A stretch of 63,997 nucleotides of DNA, the filler included, from Malassezia furfur (Eukaryota), in NCBI GenBank assembly GCA_052055015.1. It is 14 parts of 14 records of this genome, joined end to end, with 100 filler letters (N's around TTAATTAATTAA, not from the genome) between each part and the next. Parts side by side here need not be neighbours in the genome. Positions count along the whole stretch, not along the records: positions 42,560 to 47,125 come from JBQJIT010000665.1; positions 47,226 to 51,741 come from JBQJIT010000667.1; positions 51,842 to 56,352 come from JBQJIT010000668.1; positions 56,453 to 60,959 come from JBQJIT010000669.1; 10 more parts are not named here. One strand, written 5' to 3'. Positions 44,210 to 57,868 of the stretch are shown here, piece after piece. Position 1 is the first letter of the stretch; each line of letters starts with the position of its first letter. The position numbers and the translations under genes are program-made. Below the pieces are notes generated by a model that saw only the letters and a program-made list of their open reading frames with translations, ran no database searches and was not told the origin of the DNA.

Positions 44210-46020
44210 CTAAGGCAACTCGCTGGGTCAGACATACACATACCTTCTCTCAATCTGCCCCGTCGCGGGATAGTACGTAGCCCATCCAAACGCACTGCCC
44301 CGGAACGACCCAGGATTAAAGACGTGGCACCCCTCGTACGTCAGTGCGTACCGCTCGTAGCGGTCGGCGAGCACCAGCTGTGGTCAGCGTCGTTATGCAT
44401 ACGCACCGCACTGGGCATCGGGTACAGCCGCAGCGCATGCGCATACTCCCACAGCACGGGGCGCACGGGCTGCGGCAGGGGACACAGATGCACCTGGTCG
44501 AGCAGCGTCGAGACGAGCTGCGTGAGCGGCGGCACGTACCAGCTTCGGCAGGTCGCTCGCCTGCACGTCGGTCGACAGCGGCAGCGCACTGCGCAGCATC
44601 TTGCTCATCACGTCGTCGCGGAACACGACAATCTCCTGCGAAAAGTACACGAGGCGGCACGGATTGCTCGCCCAGTGCACGCGCTCCGCACAAAACGCAC
44701 GCGGCAGGCGCCGCTCAAAGCGCGCCACGAGCGGCGCAGGGATGCGCGCGCGGGGCAGCACGGGCGTCGCGACGGGGTCGTCGGGGCCGGGCACGAGCAC
44801 GAGATGCGTCTCGTCCAGCAGGCGCGGGAAACGCGCGAGGATCTCGGCGAGCGCCGCAAACCCTTCCTCGTACCGCGCGAGGTGCGCCGCATCGTCCGCG
44901 CCGCGCGTCCCGCAAAAGTTGCCGCACAGCACAATCGCGAGCGGCACAAAGTCCGCGTCGTGGTAGCCCTGGAACAGCGCACGCAGATTCGACAGCGACG
45001 CGGCATGGTCCAAGTGCACCTCGCTCAGCACCGCAATGCACACGTCGCCATGCTGCCGCTCCTGCACACGCAGCGCATGCTGCATCAGTAGGGTGCACGT
45101 ACCGCCTCCTTGGGCGCGAGCGCCCCGGTGCCGAGCCAGTCGAGGTGCCCGACGTGCGTTTGCGCCGCCTCGCGGCTCTCGCTGGGCGGATGCCCAATCG
45201 CCGCGACGCGCAGCCGCTCGTCCGCCTCGTAGGTGCCCTCGACGAGCACAAATGCGCCCTCGGTCAGCAGGCCCTCGCCCGCGACCGCCTCGCGCAGGTC
45301 GAGCACGACGGCGCCCTCGGCGTCCTCGAGCGCGTAGGCGCCGTCGGGGCGCGTCGAGAGCCGGCCGAACAGCAGGCACGCCTTGCCTGCGCGGCCCAGC
45401 AGGTTCGCCGTCGTGGTCAGCTGCAGGAACGACGCGCGCTCCGCGCCGGACGCGAGCGCAAGCGGCGGCAAAAAGTGCTCGTTGCGCAGCACAATGCTGC
45501 GCAGCAGCTCGTAGCGCTCGCCCAGGTGCGCACTGGGCGCGCTTGCCGACGACAAGAGCGACGGCGCGTGGTCCGCCCTGCGTCAGTAGAGCACGTACGC
45601 CTCAAACACCTTGCGCGCGCCGCTGAAGCGCAGCTTCGGCATGGAAAACGCGTCGACGACGCGCAGCGCACGCGTCAGGTCCGGCGCGTCGCTGCTGCCG
45701 GCGAGCGCCGCGGCCGCATCGGCGTCCGCGGGCGCATCGACGAGCCGCTCGTACGTGCGCTGCAGCACCTCGGCGGTGACCACGTGCCCGTCCCACGCCG
45801 CGCCCGCGCTCCCCTGGTGCTCGACGAGCGCGTGCGCCAGCGCGTCGACGGCCTCCGACATCGCCTCGGGCTCGTCGAGCAGGCCGTGCGCCTGCAGCGT
45901 GCCGTACACAAACTGCACCGCATCCGCACGCACCTGCAGATGGTGCTTCCGCGTAAACGTGCGCAGGATCAGCCGCCGCACCGCAGGGGGGATGGCGCCG
46001 CCCTCGCGTCCGCCGTCCAT
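44210..46020 (-). CDS. DPB2: DNA polymerase epsilon subunit B, 6 exons
   Basis: [15 protein letters not shown]...[58 protein letters not shown]; introns 45578-45598, 45080-45102, 44518-44539, 44378-44406, 44223-44243. Confidence 0.92.
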
Positions 46021-46131
46021 GGTGCGTGCACGCGACTGGCACCGAGGCGCGCGCGCCGCGCGCGTTTCTTCGCGTGCTGACTCAGCGACGCGCTCCTCCA
46101 CCCCCCTCCTCGGCTCGGCGTCGTCGCTGCG

Positions 46132-47125
46132 ATGGACCCCGCGCGCTCCGCCGCGGACGCCGTGCGTGCGCAGATCGCGCGCGGCGCATGGCACGACGCG
46201 CTCTTTGCGGCGCTCGACCTCACCCAGGTGCCGCATCCGCTCGACACGCGGCCGGGCAGCACCCTGTCGTTCGGCCTCGACGTGCTCGAAGCATGGGCGG
46301 CTGCGGCGCACGACGCACACGCGCGCGTCGACGACCCCGCGGCATGGGACGCCGTGCGCACGCGCCTGCTTACCGCGCTCGCCGCCTCCCACACGCACAC
46401 CTCGACCGTGCACCGCCTGCGCCGCGTCTTTTTGGCCTTCTTCCACACGGCGCAGCGCACACACACCGAGCCGCTCGCGTGGGCACGCTCCGTGTACGCC
46501 GCCGTGGACGCCGCGCCCGACGCACCCGACACGCTCGTGGTGCACGAGGCCCTCGTTACCGCCTACGGCACCGCCATTCTCCCACAGGGCACGTCGGTCG
46601 CTGCGTTCTTCGCCGCGCTCCTCGACGCGATGCAGGCGGGGCGAGGGAGCGTCAGCCGCCGCTCGCGCCTCGCGATTGCGATCGTGCGTGCGTGCCGCGA
46701 CGAGCGTGTGCCGCCCGACGCATGGCGCGTGCCGCTCGCACACGCGCTCCTCGACGCCGACGACCGCGGGCGCGAAAATGTCGTAGCGCATCTCGTGCAG
46801 CCGCTGCTGGACGCATGGCCCGCGGCCATGCACGATGTGCTTGCCGCGCTGCATGCCGCATCTGCGCGCGCCGCCGACCCGGCAGAGGCCGCCGAGGCAC
46901 GGGTCGGTGCACTGCTGGCCGTGCTCCGTGCCGCCAAGGTGCGTGAGCTGTGCGTCGTCGGCACCCCCGACAACGACGCGCGCCAGGACCTCGGGCGGGA
47001 TGCCCGCGGCAGCGGCGGGGGCGTCGATGCAGCGGGAGACACCCCGGATGCCTCGGCGTCGGCCCCCCTGGCCACGGATGCCCCGGCCTCGGACCGCCCT
47101 GCCTTTTCCTCCCCTGCCTCTTCCC
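46132..47125 (+). CDS. Hypothetical ARM/helical protein, N-terminal part
   Basis: ATG divergent from DPB2; open to the contig end; family not assignable with confidence. Confidence 0.55.
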
Positions 47126-47225
47126 NNNNNNNNNNNNNNNNNNNNNNNNNNNNNNNNNNNNNNNNNNNNTTAATTAATTAANNNNNNNNNNNNNNNNNNN
47201 NNNNNNNNNNNNNNNNNNNNNNNNN

Positions 47226-48184
47226 GCGCCGAGACATGGCGTGCGCTCCTGCGCACGCACGGCCTGTCCGACGCGGACGATGCGCAGGCGGCGCGCGCGG
47301 GGCGGCCCGCCCAGCTGGCGCTCGCGCAGCGCCTGTACGCCGCGCGCCTCGCCGAGCTCCACGAGCAGATCCAGCACAAAGAGGCCCGCTTCCGGTACGT
47401 CGCCGTACTCACCCAGCGAGTTGCACCAGCGCCTGCTGGACCTCGAGGCGGGCAAGCTCGACGCCCAGCTTGCGGAAGAGCACGGCTTGGCGCGTGCGGC
47501 GTCGCCACACAAGCGGCCCGCCGACGCCGACGCCGACGCCGACGACGACGAAGAGATCAACGAGCACCGCCAGGTCGAGCAGGACCTGCTGGGCGCCGCG
47601 CCCGACGCCGCGCCCGACGCCGCGCACTCCGGCGCCGAGGCGGCGGGGCACGAGCGTGCGAGTGCGCAGCCCACCACGACGTACAAGTCGCGTGCGCGGC
47701 GGCGCACCGCCGAGGCGTCGCGCACGCCGTCGCCCGTGCGTGGGCGGCGCTCGCGCGGGCGCACGCCCGAGGCGTCCGAGCACTCGGCCGGCGAGGAGGC
47801 CGGCGACGGGGTGTCGGATGCGGAGCGCGACAAGACGCGGCGGCGGACGACGCAGGTGCTGCTGATGCTGCACAACCAGGTGTCGAACCACACGCACGGC
47901 AACCTGTTCCACCAGGCGATCAAGGAGGTGGATGCGCCGCACTACTATGCGCTGGTGAAGCGGCCTATGGACCTGAAGCTGATCAAGCAGCGGATCAAGG
48001 AGGGGGCGATTGCGTCGATGCCCGAGCTGCGGCACGCGCTGAGCCTCATGTTTGCGAATGCGCTGATGTACAACCGGCCGGACACCGAGGTGCACCGCAT
48101 GGCGAACGAGATGCGGCTCGCCACCGACGAGGTACGCCGCGCGCGCTGACCCAGATGTTGGACCAGTTTGAGCACGCCGCGTAG
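47226..48184 (+). CDS. BRD8-like bromodomain protein (5' truncated); introns 47395-47416 and 48132-48154
   Basis: Coiled coil [31 protein letters not shown]; bromodomain [36 protein letters not shown]. Confidence 0.8.
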
Positions 48185-48309
48185 CGCCGCCTGGCACGTG
48201 TTGTAGACAAATGCCCCCCCGGCGATTTGCGGCTTTTTTCGGCCGAGGGTGCCGGCGACAACGGGAGGCGGCCGCCCGCGCGTTTTCCTGCGACCTTTGG
48301 GCGAGCGAG

Positions 48310-49723
48310 ATGGTAGCGATGCTTCCGCGCGCCCTGCGTACGGCAGGTGCTAGTCTGGCGCGCCGCGCCGCGACTTCGAGCGTGCATGTGCAGCGCTGTG
48401 CCGGCGTGCGGGCCTTTGCGTCCGAGGCCGGCGACAAGCGCGAGAACCCGGCGTTCACGGCGACGACCGTCGAGGACATGCAGGGCCTGGACGCCTCGCT
48501 GCTCCTCAAGGAGGACGGCACGCAGAAGGACGCGAGCCTGCGGCACTTTACCGTCAACTTCGGCCCGCAGCACCCCGCCGCACACGGTGTGCTGCGTCTG
48601 ATCATGGAGCTGAACGGCGAGGAGATCCTCCGTGTGGACGTACGTACCCGCACTCACCCAGCCCCACGTCGGCCTGTTGCACCGCGGCACGGAAAAGCTC
48701 ATCGAATACAAGACGTACACGCAGGCGCTGCCCTACTTCGACCGCCTCGACTACAGTTCGATGATGACCAACGAGCTGTGCTTCTCGCGCGCGGTCGAAA
48801 AGCTGCTCAACATCGAGGTGCCCGAGCGCGCCAAGTGGATCCGCACGCTGTACGGCGAGCTGACGCGCATCTCGAACCACTGCATGGCCGTGCTGTCGCA
48901 CATCATGGACGTCGGCGGTCTGACGCCGTTCGTGTGGGGCCTCGAGGAGCGTGAAAAGATCATGGAGTTCTACGAGCGCGTGTCCGGCGCGCGTATGCAC
49001 GCGGCCTACGTGCGCCCCGGCGGTGTGGCGTACGACCTGCCCCCGGGCCTGCTCGAGGACATCTACCACTGGGCCACGCAGTTCTCCGGCCGCGTCGACG
49101 AGATCGAGGAGCTGGTCACCAACAACCGCATCTGGCAGCAGCGCACGATCGGCATCGGCAAGGTCACCGCGCAGGAGGCGCTCGACTACGGCTTCAGCGG
49201 CGTGATGCTGCGTGGCAGCGGCATCCCGTGGGACATCCGCAAGGTCGCGCCGTACGACGCGTACGAACAGTGCGAGTTCGACGTGCCCGTCGGCAAGAAC
49301 GGCGACTGCTTCGACCGCTACGCGTGCCGCATCGAGGAGTTCCGCCAGTCGCTGCGCATCATCAACCAGTGCCTCGACAAGATGCCCGCGGGCCAGATCA
49401 AGGTCGACGACCACAAGATTGCGCCCCCGTCGCGTGCGATGATGAAGGACAGCATGGAGAGCTTGATCCACCACTTCAAGCTCTTCTCCGAGGGCTACTC
49501 GGTGCCGCCGGGCGAGACGTACGCCGCCATCGAGGCGCCCAAGGGCGAGATGGGCGTGTACCTCGTCTCCAACGGCTCCAACCGCCCCTACCGCTGCTCG
49601 ATCTCCGCGCCCGGGTTCCGCCACCTCGCGGGCGCCGACTTTATGGCGCGTCACCACTACCTGCCGGACATGGTCGCGATCATCGGTACGATGGATCTCG
49701 TGTTCGGCGAGGTCGACAGGTAG
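48310..49723 (+). CDS. NDUFS2: NADH:ubiquinone oxidoreductase 49 kDa subunit (NDUFS2/NuoD); 22-nt intron 48640-48661
   Basis: [53 protein letters not shown]. Confidence 0.97.
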
Positions 49724-50176
49724 ACTCGTAGCAGCCCAAGGGCCAGAGACCGAGCAGGCCGGCACAGCAGGCGCAGCGCGCGGCCGGCGTGCGCAGCGGC
49801 CATGCCAGCGCCACAAGGCCCCGGCGATGCACCACCCAGCGCGCCGCGCGGCGCACCGTGACAGCCCTCGGCGGGGGCCGCGGGGTGCACCCCAGTGGCC
49901 GTCTCTGCATCGTTGGCGGCCCGATCGCAGGCGACGCCTGCCGCCCGGTGCCCTATCGCAGGCTGCTTCCAGGGGCCCGATCGCCGTCTCGTCCGCGAGC
50001 CCGGGGTGCACCGTGTCACCGGCTCTTCCGTGCCGCAGCATGCCCCATCGCAGGCCCATCGCAGGCTACGCTGCGCACCGCGTCGCGCCTGCTCCGCGCG
50101 CCTATCGGGCCGCATCCACACACACGCTCTACCGCTCGTTGCGCCTATGCACGGGCCGGGCGATCGGCCCCGCCGT

Positions 50177-51505
50177 CTACAGCAACTTGGTATCGAGGCC
50201 GCCATAGAACCCGTCGCTGTCGTCGTACGACGACGCGCCGGTCAGCTTGCGCTGCCCGCGGTAAATCAGCCCATCGAGCAGCCCCGCGAGCGTGAGAATC
50301 CCGCCGACGATCGCACACAGGTTCGACACAAAGTGCCACAGCGAGCGGCGCGTCTCGGTCTGGGTGACGCGCATCGGGGAGATCTCGTAGTTGAAAAACA
50401 CGCCGGGGACGCCCTCGACGGTGCGCACGACCTGCCCGTCGCTCTGGTCGGGCGAGTCGTGCCCGAGCTTGGGGTCGTACGGCACCAGGTCGCGCTCGTA
50501 CGCCGTGGCGCTGTACTGGAACGTCTGCACGCGGTCGCCGTTGAGCTTGTGGTACACGGTGGGCACCACCTTCAAGAAGTACTGGAACATGAACTGGCTC
50601 TGCTCGGGGTGCGCCGAGCGCCCCTGGAGCGCGTCGGTGATGCCCAGCTCCTTCTTCTTGCTCTTGTCCGAGCGGCGCCCGCCGCGCTTCGGGAGGAACT
50701 CGTTGAGCGTGCCAAAGCTAAAGTCGTGGATGACGTGCCCAAAGTGGTGGTACTCGTCGCCGGCGCCCTGCAGGTAGGGCACCAGGTCGTGCGTGTGGAC
50801 GCTGTTCCGCTGGAACGCCCGGCCGGGGCTCATGTGCAGGTTGCCCACGACGCGGTTCGCGTGGACCTCGCCGGCGATGTTGCACCCCTCGTGGTTCATC
50901 GCGCGGATGCGCTCCGTCCAGTGCTCGTCGCGGCACTGCTGGATCTGGTCGGGGTTCGAGAACGACCAGCTGGAGCGCACGTAGGCGTCGCGCACGTCCT
51001 CGCACGAGTTGCAGCACCCGCCCGGGGGCGGGTCGGCGCCGTAGCACGAGCCGCAGTAGTTCACGTCGTGGCCCTGCTCCTCGAGGTAGCGCTGCGCCTC
51101 GCCCTTCAGCTGGCGGTCGGTGCGCGTGTCGAGTTTGCGGCCCTGGCTGTCGAGGCGCGTCTTGACGACGTCGTGGTTGATGTCGACCTGCATGTCGCCG
51201 ACAATGTCCACCACGTCGAGCGACAGCAGGTAGCACGGCACGCGGGGGAACGTCACGTTGAAGTGGATCGCAATCTTCGGGTCGCGCGCCAAATCCACCT
51301 CGAGCCGCGGCTCCACCGACACGCGGCGGTAGTCGAGGAACTCGCTGATGGTCAGCACGGCGACCAGCGCGCCGCTGAGCAGCGTGATCAGCGCGCCGAC
51401 ATTCGTGCGGATGCGTGCCTCGTCGGAAGTCTGTGTGAGCGGTGCACGTACCCTGCCAAACGCGTCCAGGCCACGCAGCTGGCCGAGCAGCTGCCCCGGG
51501 TGCAT
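50177..51505 (-). CDS. ERV46: ER-derived vesicle protein Erv46 (ERGIC3); in-frame 21-nt intron 51431-51451
   Basis: LDAFGR|TSDE, CGSCYGA..CCNSCEDVRDAY, VPGVFFNYEISPM, CAIVGG. Confidence 0.9.
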   Translation of the reverse strand: MHPGQLLGQLRGLDAFGRVRAPLTQTSDEARIRTNVGALITLLSGALVAVLTISEFLDYRRVSVEPRLEVDLARDPKIAIHFNVTFPRVPCYLLSLDVVDIVGDMQVDINHDVVKTRLDSQGRKLDTRTDRQLKGEAQRYLEEQGHDVNYCGSCYGADPPPGGCCNSCEDVRDAYVRSSWSFSNPDQIQQCRDEHWTERIRAMNHEGCNIAGEVHANRVVGNLHMSPGRAFQRNSVHTHDLVPYLQGAGDEYHHFGHVIHDFSFGTLNEFLPKRGGRRSDKSKKKELGITDALQGRSAHPEQSQFMFQYFLKVVPTVYHKLNGDRVQTFQYSATAYERDLVPYDPKLGHDSPDQSDGQVVRTVEGVPGVFFNYEISPMRVTQTETRRSLWHFVSNLCAIVGGILTLAGLLDGLIYRGQRKLTGASSYDDSDGFYGGLDTKLL

Positions 51506-51566
51506 CGTCGCGGAAGGACACGTGGACCCACGTGGAGCGCGTCGCCGTACGCCTGCGCACGACGCG

Positions 51567-51741
51567 ATGCAGGGGCCGACGCCGGAGCGCGCGCCGGAGC
51601 GCGCGCCCGCGGCGCCGACAGGCCTCGACGACGACGCCCTCAACGCCCTCTCTACGGCCGATCTGCTGCTCTATGCCGCTGCGGCGCGTGCTCAGGCCGC
51701 GCAACGCGCCGGCGCGCCGTGGCCCCGGCGGCCGGCCGAGC
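51567..51741 (+). CDS. N-terminal fragment of an unidentified protein
   Basis: ATG downstream of a double CACGTG and divergent from ERV46; open to the gap. Confidence 0.35.
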
Positions 51742-51841
51742 NNNNNNNNNNNNNNNNNNNNNNNNNNNNNNNNNNNNNNNNNNNNTTAATTAATTAANNN
51801 NNNNNNNNNNNNNNNNNNNNNNNNNNNNNNNNNNNNNNNNN

Positions 51842-53385
<1,544 letters not shown>

Positions 53386-53806
53386 GACGTAGAGGACAGG
53401 GGATGTGTGTGTGTGCGGTCACAAGAGGCGGCGTGGGGTTCTGTGAGCGAGGGTGGCGCCCCACCCCCCGCGGGCGACGGCGCTGCGCTGCTGGTGTGGC
53501 GCGCGGGGCCGCCGCTGCCGCGGCTGCGTGTCGCTGTGCTCACGACCGCGACGGCCACGACCACCGCGACGGCGCCGACGGCCAGCGCGTGCGCAGTCTC
53601 GCCAAGAACCGCGCCGGTGGCCGCGCGGCGCAGTGCGGGGTTGGGCAGCGCAGGGTGTGCGCAGGCCCAATGGAGGGCCGGCGCCGTGACGCGGCCGACT
53701 GTCTCTTATGGTAGCCTCCTGTAAACCCCACGTGATTACTCAACCGTGCATGCCGGAACGATAGGCAAATTCCACGGCGCCGGCCCTCGCCTCTGTCTGC
53801 CACGCC

Positions 53807-56352
53807 ATGATCCCTCGCCGAAGTGTGGCGTTTTGTCGGAGTTCGCGCCTGCTTGGTGGCGCCGGTGTGCTGGGTGCGCGTGCGCGCGCGCCCGCGGTGC
53901 GCACGCTCGCCACGGCGGGCGCGCGCCGCAACGATGCGCTGCAGATGGAGCTGCCGGCGCCCGGCGCGTCGGTGTTTGCCGCGCAGGACACCTTCCTGCG
54001 GCGGCACGTCGGCCCCCGCCCCGCGCAGCTCGAGCACATCCTCAAGACGCTCGGGTACCCCAGCTTTGAGGCGTTTGTCGAGGCCACCGTGCCCGAGGAG
54101 GTGCGCTATGCGCAGACCGAGTCGCTTGCCGCGAGCATTCCCGCGCTGTCGGAGCACGAGCTGGCGCGCCGCGTCGACGAGCTCGCGAAGGACGTCGAGG
54201 TGTACCGCTCGTACATCGGCATGGGCTACCACGGCACGGTGGTGCCGCCCGTGATCCTGCGCAACGTGCTCGAGAACCCCGCGTGGTACACGTCGTACAC
54301 GCCGTACCAGCCCGAGATCTCGCAGGGCCGCCTCGAGTCGATGCTGAACTACCAGACGATGGTCAAGTCGCTCACGGGCCTGGACCTCGCGAACGCGTCG
54401 CTGCTCGACGAGGGCACGGCGGCGGGCGAGGCGATGATCCTCGCGCTCGGCAGCGCCAAGGACAAGAAGAAGCGCGTGTTCCTCGTGGACGAGCGCGTCG
54501 CGCCGCAGACGCTCGCGGTGGTGCGTGGGCGTGCGCGCGGCTTTGGCGTCGAGGTCGTCCAGGCGCCGCTGCAGGCCGACGGGCGCGCGCGGCTGCCGAC
54601 CGACGTCGTGGACCCCGCGCGCGTGATGGGTGTGCTGGTGCAGTACCCCGACGTGGACGGCGCGCTCGTCGACTGGGCGCCGCTCGCGCAGGAGGCCAAG
54701 GCGCACGGCGCGCTCGTCGTCGCGGCGACCGACCTGCTCGCGCTGACGATGGTCCGCCCGCCCGGCGAGTGGGGCGCGGACATTGCGCTCGGCAACGCGG
54801 GCCGCTTCGGCGTGCCGCCCGGGTACGGCGGCCCGCAGGCGGCGTTCTTTGCGGTGACCGACGCGCTGAAGCGCCGCATGCCCGGCCGCCTGATCGGCGT
54901 GTCGCGCGACGCCGACGGGCGCGCCGCGTACCGCCTCGCGCTGCAGACGCGCGAGCAGCACATCCGCCGCGAGAAGGCCACGTCGAACATCTGCACGGCG
55001 CAGGCGCTGCTCGCCAACATGTCGGCGATGTACGCCGTGTACCACGGCCCCGAGGGCCTGCGCCGCATCGCCGCCAAGGTGCACGCCGAGACACTCGTGC
55101 TGCGCCGCGCGCTGCAGGAGCTCGGGTACGGCGTGCCGGCGCACGCCGTGTTTGACACGCTCACGCTCGACACCGCCGCGGCGGGCGTCGGCGCCGAGGA
55201 CGTCGTGCGCGCGGCGCTCGCGGCGCGCATCAACCTGCGCCGCATCGACGGCACGCACGTCGGCGTGACGCTCGACGAGACGGTCACGCGCGAGGACCTG
55301 CTGCGCCTCGTGAACGCGTTTGCCGCGGCGGTCGGCCAGGGCCCGCGTGCGGACGCGGACCTGGACGCGCACGCGGCGGCGCTCGGCCTGGACGCCGCGG
55401 CGCTCGAGACGCTCGCGGTGGATGGCGGGTTTGCGCGCACGTCGGCGTACCTGACGCAGCCCGTGTTCCACGCGCACCGGAGCGAGACGGCGATGCTGCG
55501 GTACATGCACGGGCTGCAGGACAAGGACCTGTCGCTGGTGCACGCGATGATCCCGCTCGGCTCGTGCACGATGAAGCTGAACAGCACGTCGAGCATGATG
55601 CCGCTGTCGCGCCCCGAGTTCAATGCGGTGCACCCCTTTGCGCCGCTCGAGCAGGTGCCCGGCATCCAGACGCTGATCCGCGAGCTGGAGCACGACCTCG
55701 GCGTGCTGACCGGCTTCCCCGCGGTGAGTGTGCAGCCGAACTCGGGCGCGCAGGGCGAGTTTGCGGGCCTGTCGGTGATCCGCGCGTACCTTGACGCGAA
55801 CGGGCAGCAGCACCGCAACGTGTGCCTGATCCCGACGAGCGCGCACGGCACGAACCCCGCGTCGGCGGTGATGGCGGGCATGAAGGTGGTGCCGGTCAAG
55901 ACGCTCGCGGACGGCACGGTCGACCTCGACGACCTGCGCGCCAAGGCGGAGAAGCACCGCGACGACCTCGCGGCGACGATGATCACCGAGCCCGGCACGA
56001 CGGGCATCTACTTTGCGAACATCAAGGAGGCGTTTGACATTGTGCACGCGCACGGCGGCCAGGTGTACCTCGACGGCGCCAACTTCCAGGCGCAGGTCGG
56101 CCTCACGAACCCCGCGGTGATGGGCGCGGACGTGACGCACCTCAACCTGCACAAGACGTTCAGCATCCCGCACGGCGGCGGCGGCCCCGGCGTCGGGCCG
56201 ATCGGCGTCGCGGCGCACCTCGCGCCCTTCCTGCCGGGCAACCCCGTGGTGCGCACCGGCGGGCAGCACGCGATCGACGCCGTGAGCGCCGCGCCGTGGG
56301 GCTCGGCGAGCATTCTGACGATCGCGTGGGCGTACATCAAGATGCTCGGCTT
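53807..56352 (+). CDS. GCV2: Mitochondrial glycine decarboxylase (glycine cleavage P protein), 3' truncated
   Basis: YTPYQPEISQGRLE, NASLLDEGTA, TREQHIRREKATSNICTAQ, PLGSCTMK, PLP-Lys HLNLHKTF.IPHGGGGPG. Confidence 0.96.
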
Positions 56353-56452
56353 NNNNNNNNNNNNNNNNNNNNNNNNNNNNNNNNNNNNNNNNNNNNTTAA
56401 TTAATTAANNNNNNNNNNNNNNNNNNNNNNNNNNNNNNNNNNNNNNNNNNNN

Positions 56453-57740
56453 CCGCCGAGGTGCCGAACACGGTGATGCCCAGCTGCGCCGCACGCTCCC
56501 ACAGCACGCTAGTGGGGTGCGCCGGGGAGCCGTCGTACAGCACCACGGGGCACCCCGCGAGGAGCGCACCCACGAGCCAGTTCCACATCATCCACCCCGT
56601 CGTGGTGTGCTGGAAAAACACGTCGTCGCGCGTCAGGCCGCCGAGCAGCAGGTGCTCCTTGCCGAACTGGAGCAGCATGCCGCCCGCGCGGTGCGTGATC
56701 GCCTTGGGCTTGCCGGTTGTCCCGCTCGAGAAGAGGATCCAGAGGGGGTGGTTGAAGTCGAGCTGCGCAAACTCGGTGTGCGCCTCCTCCTCGCCGTCCG
56801 CGGGCGCGCCGCTTGCAAGGAAGTCGGACCACGTTGTACGCTGCACGCCGTGGGGGTCGCTGTAGCCCGCGACGCCGTCCTTGCGGTCGGCCGCCTCGGG
56901 GTGCGAGCCGGCGTAGGGGATCACGACGATGTGCTCGAGCGCCGGGCGCGTCTCGCGGCGCGCGCGCTTGGCGCGGCGCTCGCCATCGGCATCCGCATCA
57001 GTGCCCGCATCGGCGTCGGCGTCGGCGTCGGTGGCCGGCGCCGGGGCGTTGGCGCCGTTCGAGGCAAGCAGCCCCTCGACGGTCGCGTCGAGCTTCGCGA
57101 GGTGGTCGTGCAGCTTGCCGTTGTACAGCACCGCGTTCACGCTAAACAGCACGCGCGGGCGCACCGTCTGCAGGCGCTCCAGGACGCCTGCCGTGCCAAA
57201 GTCGGGCGCGACGCTCGTCCACACGGCGCCGACGGCGCTCGCGGCGAGGAACGCAACGAGGTTCTCGGCGGAGTTGCTCGCGTAGCTCGCGACCGTGTCG
57301 CCCTGCTTCACGCCGAGCTTGCGCAGCGCGCGCACAGCGTATGCGACCTTCTTGCGCAGCTCGCCGTAGGTCGTCTTGTGCGTGTCGTCGTCGCGCTCCG
57401 TGCACGCGATCAGTGCGACGTCCTCGTCGCGGCCGTGGTGCAGGATGTTTTCGGCGAAGTTGAGGCGCGCTCCAAAGAACCACTCGACGGGCGGGAACAT
57501 CTGCGGGTCTTTGGGCAGCACCTCGCTTGCGGGCGCACTGGCCACGACGCCGATCTCGTCCCAGACGGCCTGCCAGAAGGGTGCGAGTGACTCGACGCTC
57601 CACTTGTGCAGCTGTGCATAGTCCTTGAGCGCCACGCCGTGCTCCGCGTTGATGCGCTCGCGGAAGCGGTCGAGCCGCGTCGTGCCCTCCGGCGGCGTCC
57701 ACACAATCCGTCCCTGAATCGGCTCCTCGGCAATGCTCAT
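56453..57740 (-). CDS. Acetoacetyl-CoA synthetase (ANL superfamily), 3' truncated
   Basis: WFFGARLNFAENIL, GAVWTSVAPDFG, HPLWILFSSGTTGKPKAITH, TTTGWMMWNW, YDGSP. Confidence 0.9.
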
Positions 57741-57868
57741 CGTGGTTCGAAGACCGGCCGTCCCCCCACATTGCGCACGTGATGCACCAGGGCCGCCGCG
57801 CGGCGCAAGCGGCTTGCCACCCCGCCCGGTGTGGAACGAGTGGTGCGCACCGCGGCTGCCTGAGCGCG

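Noticed and set aside
44332..44350. Possible 19-nt intron GTACGCACTGACGTACGAG in DPB2
   Set aside because: The unspliced sequence reads as coherent Dpb2 ([21 protein letters not shown]); splicing would shift the frame.
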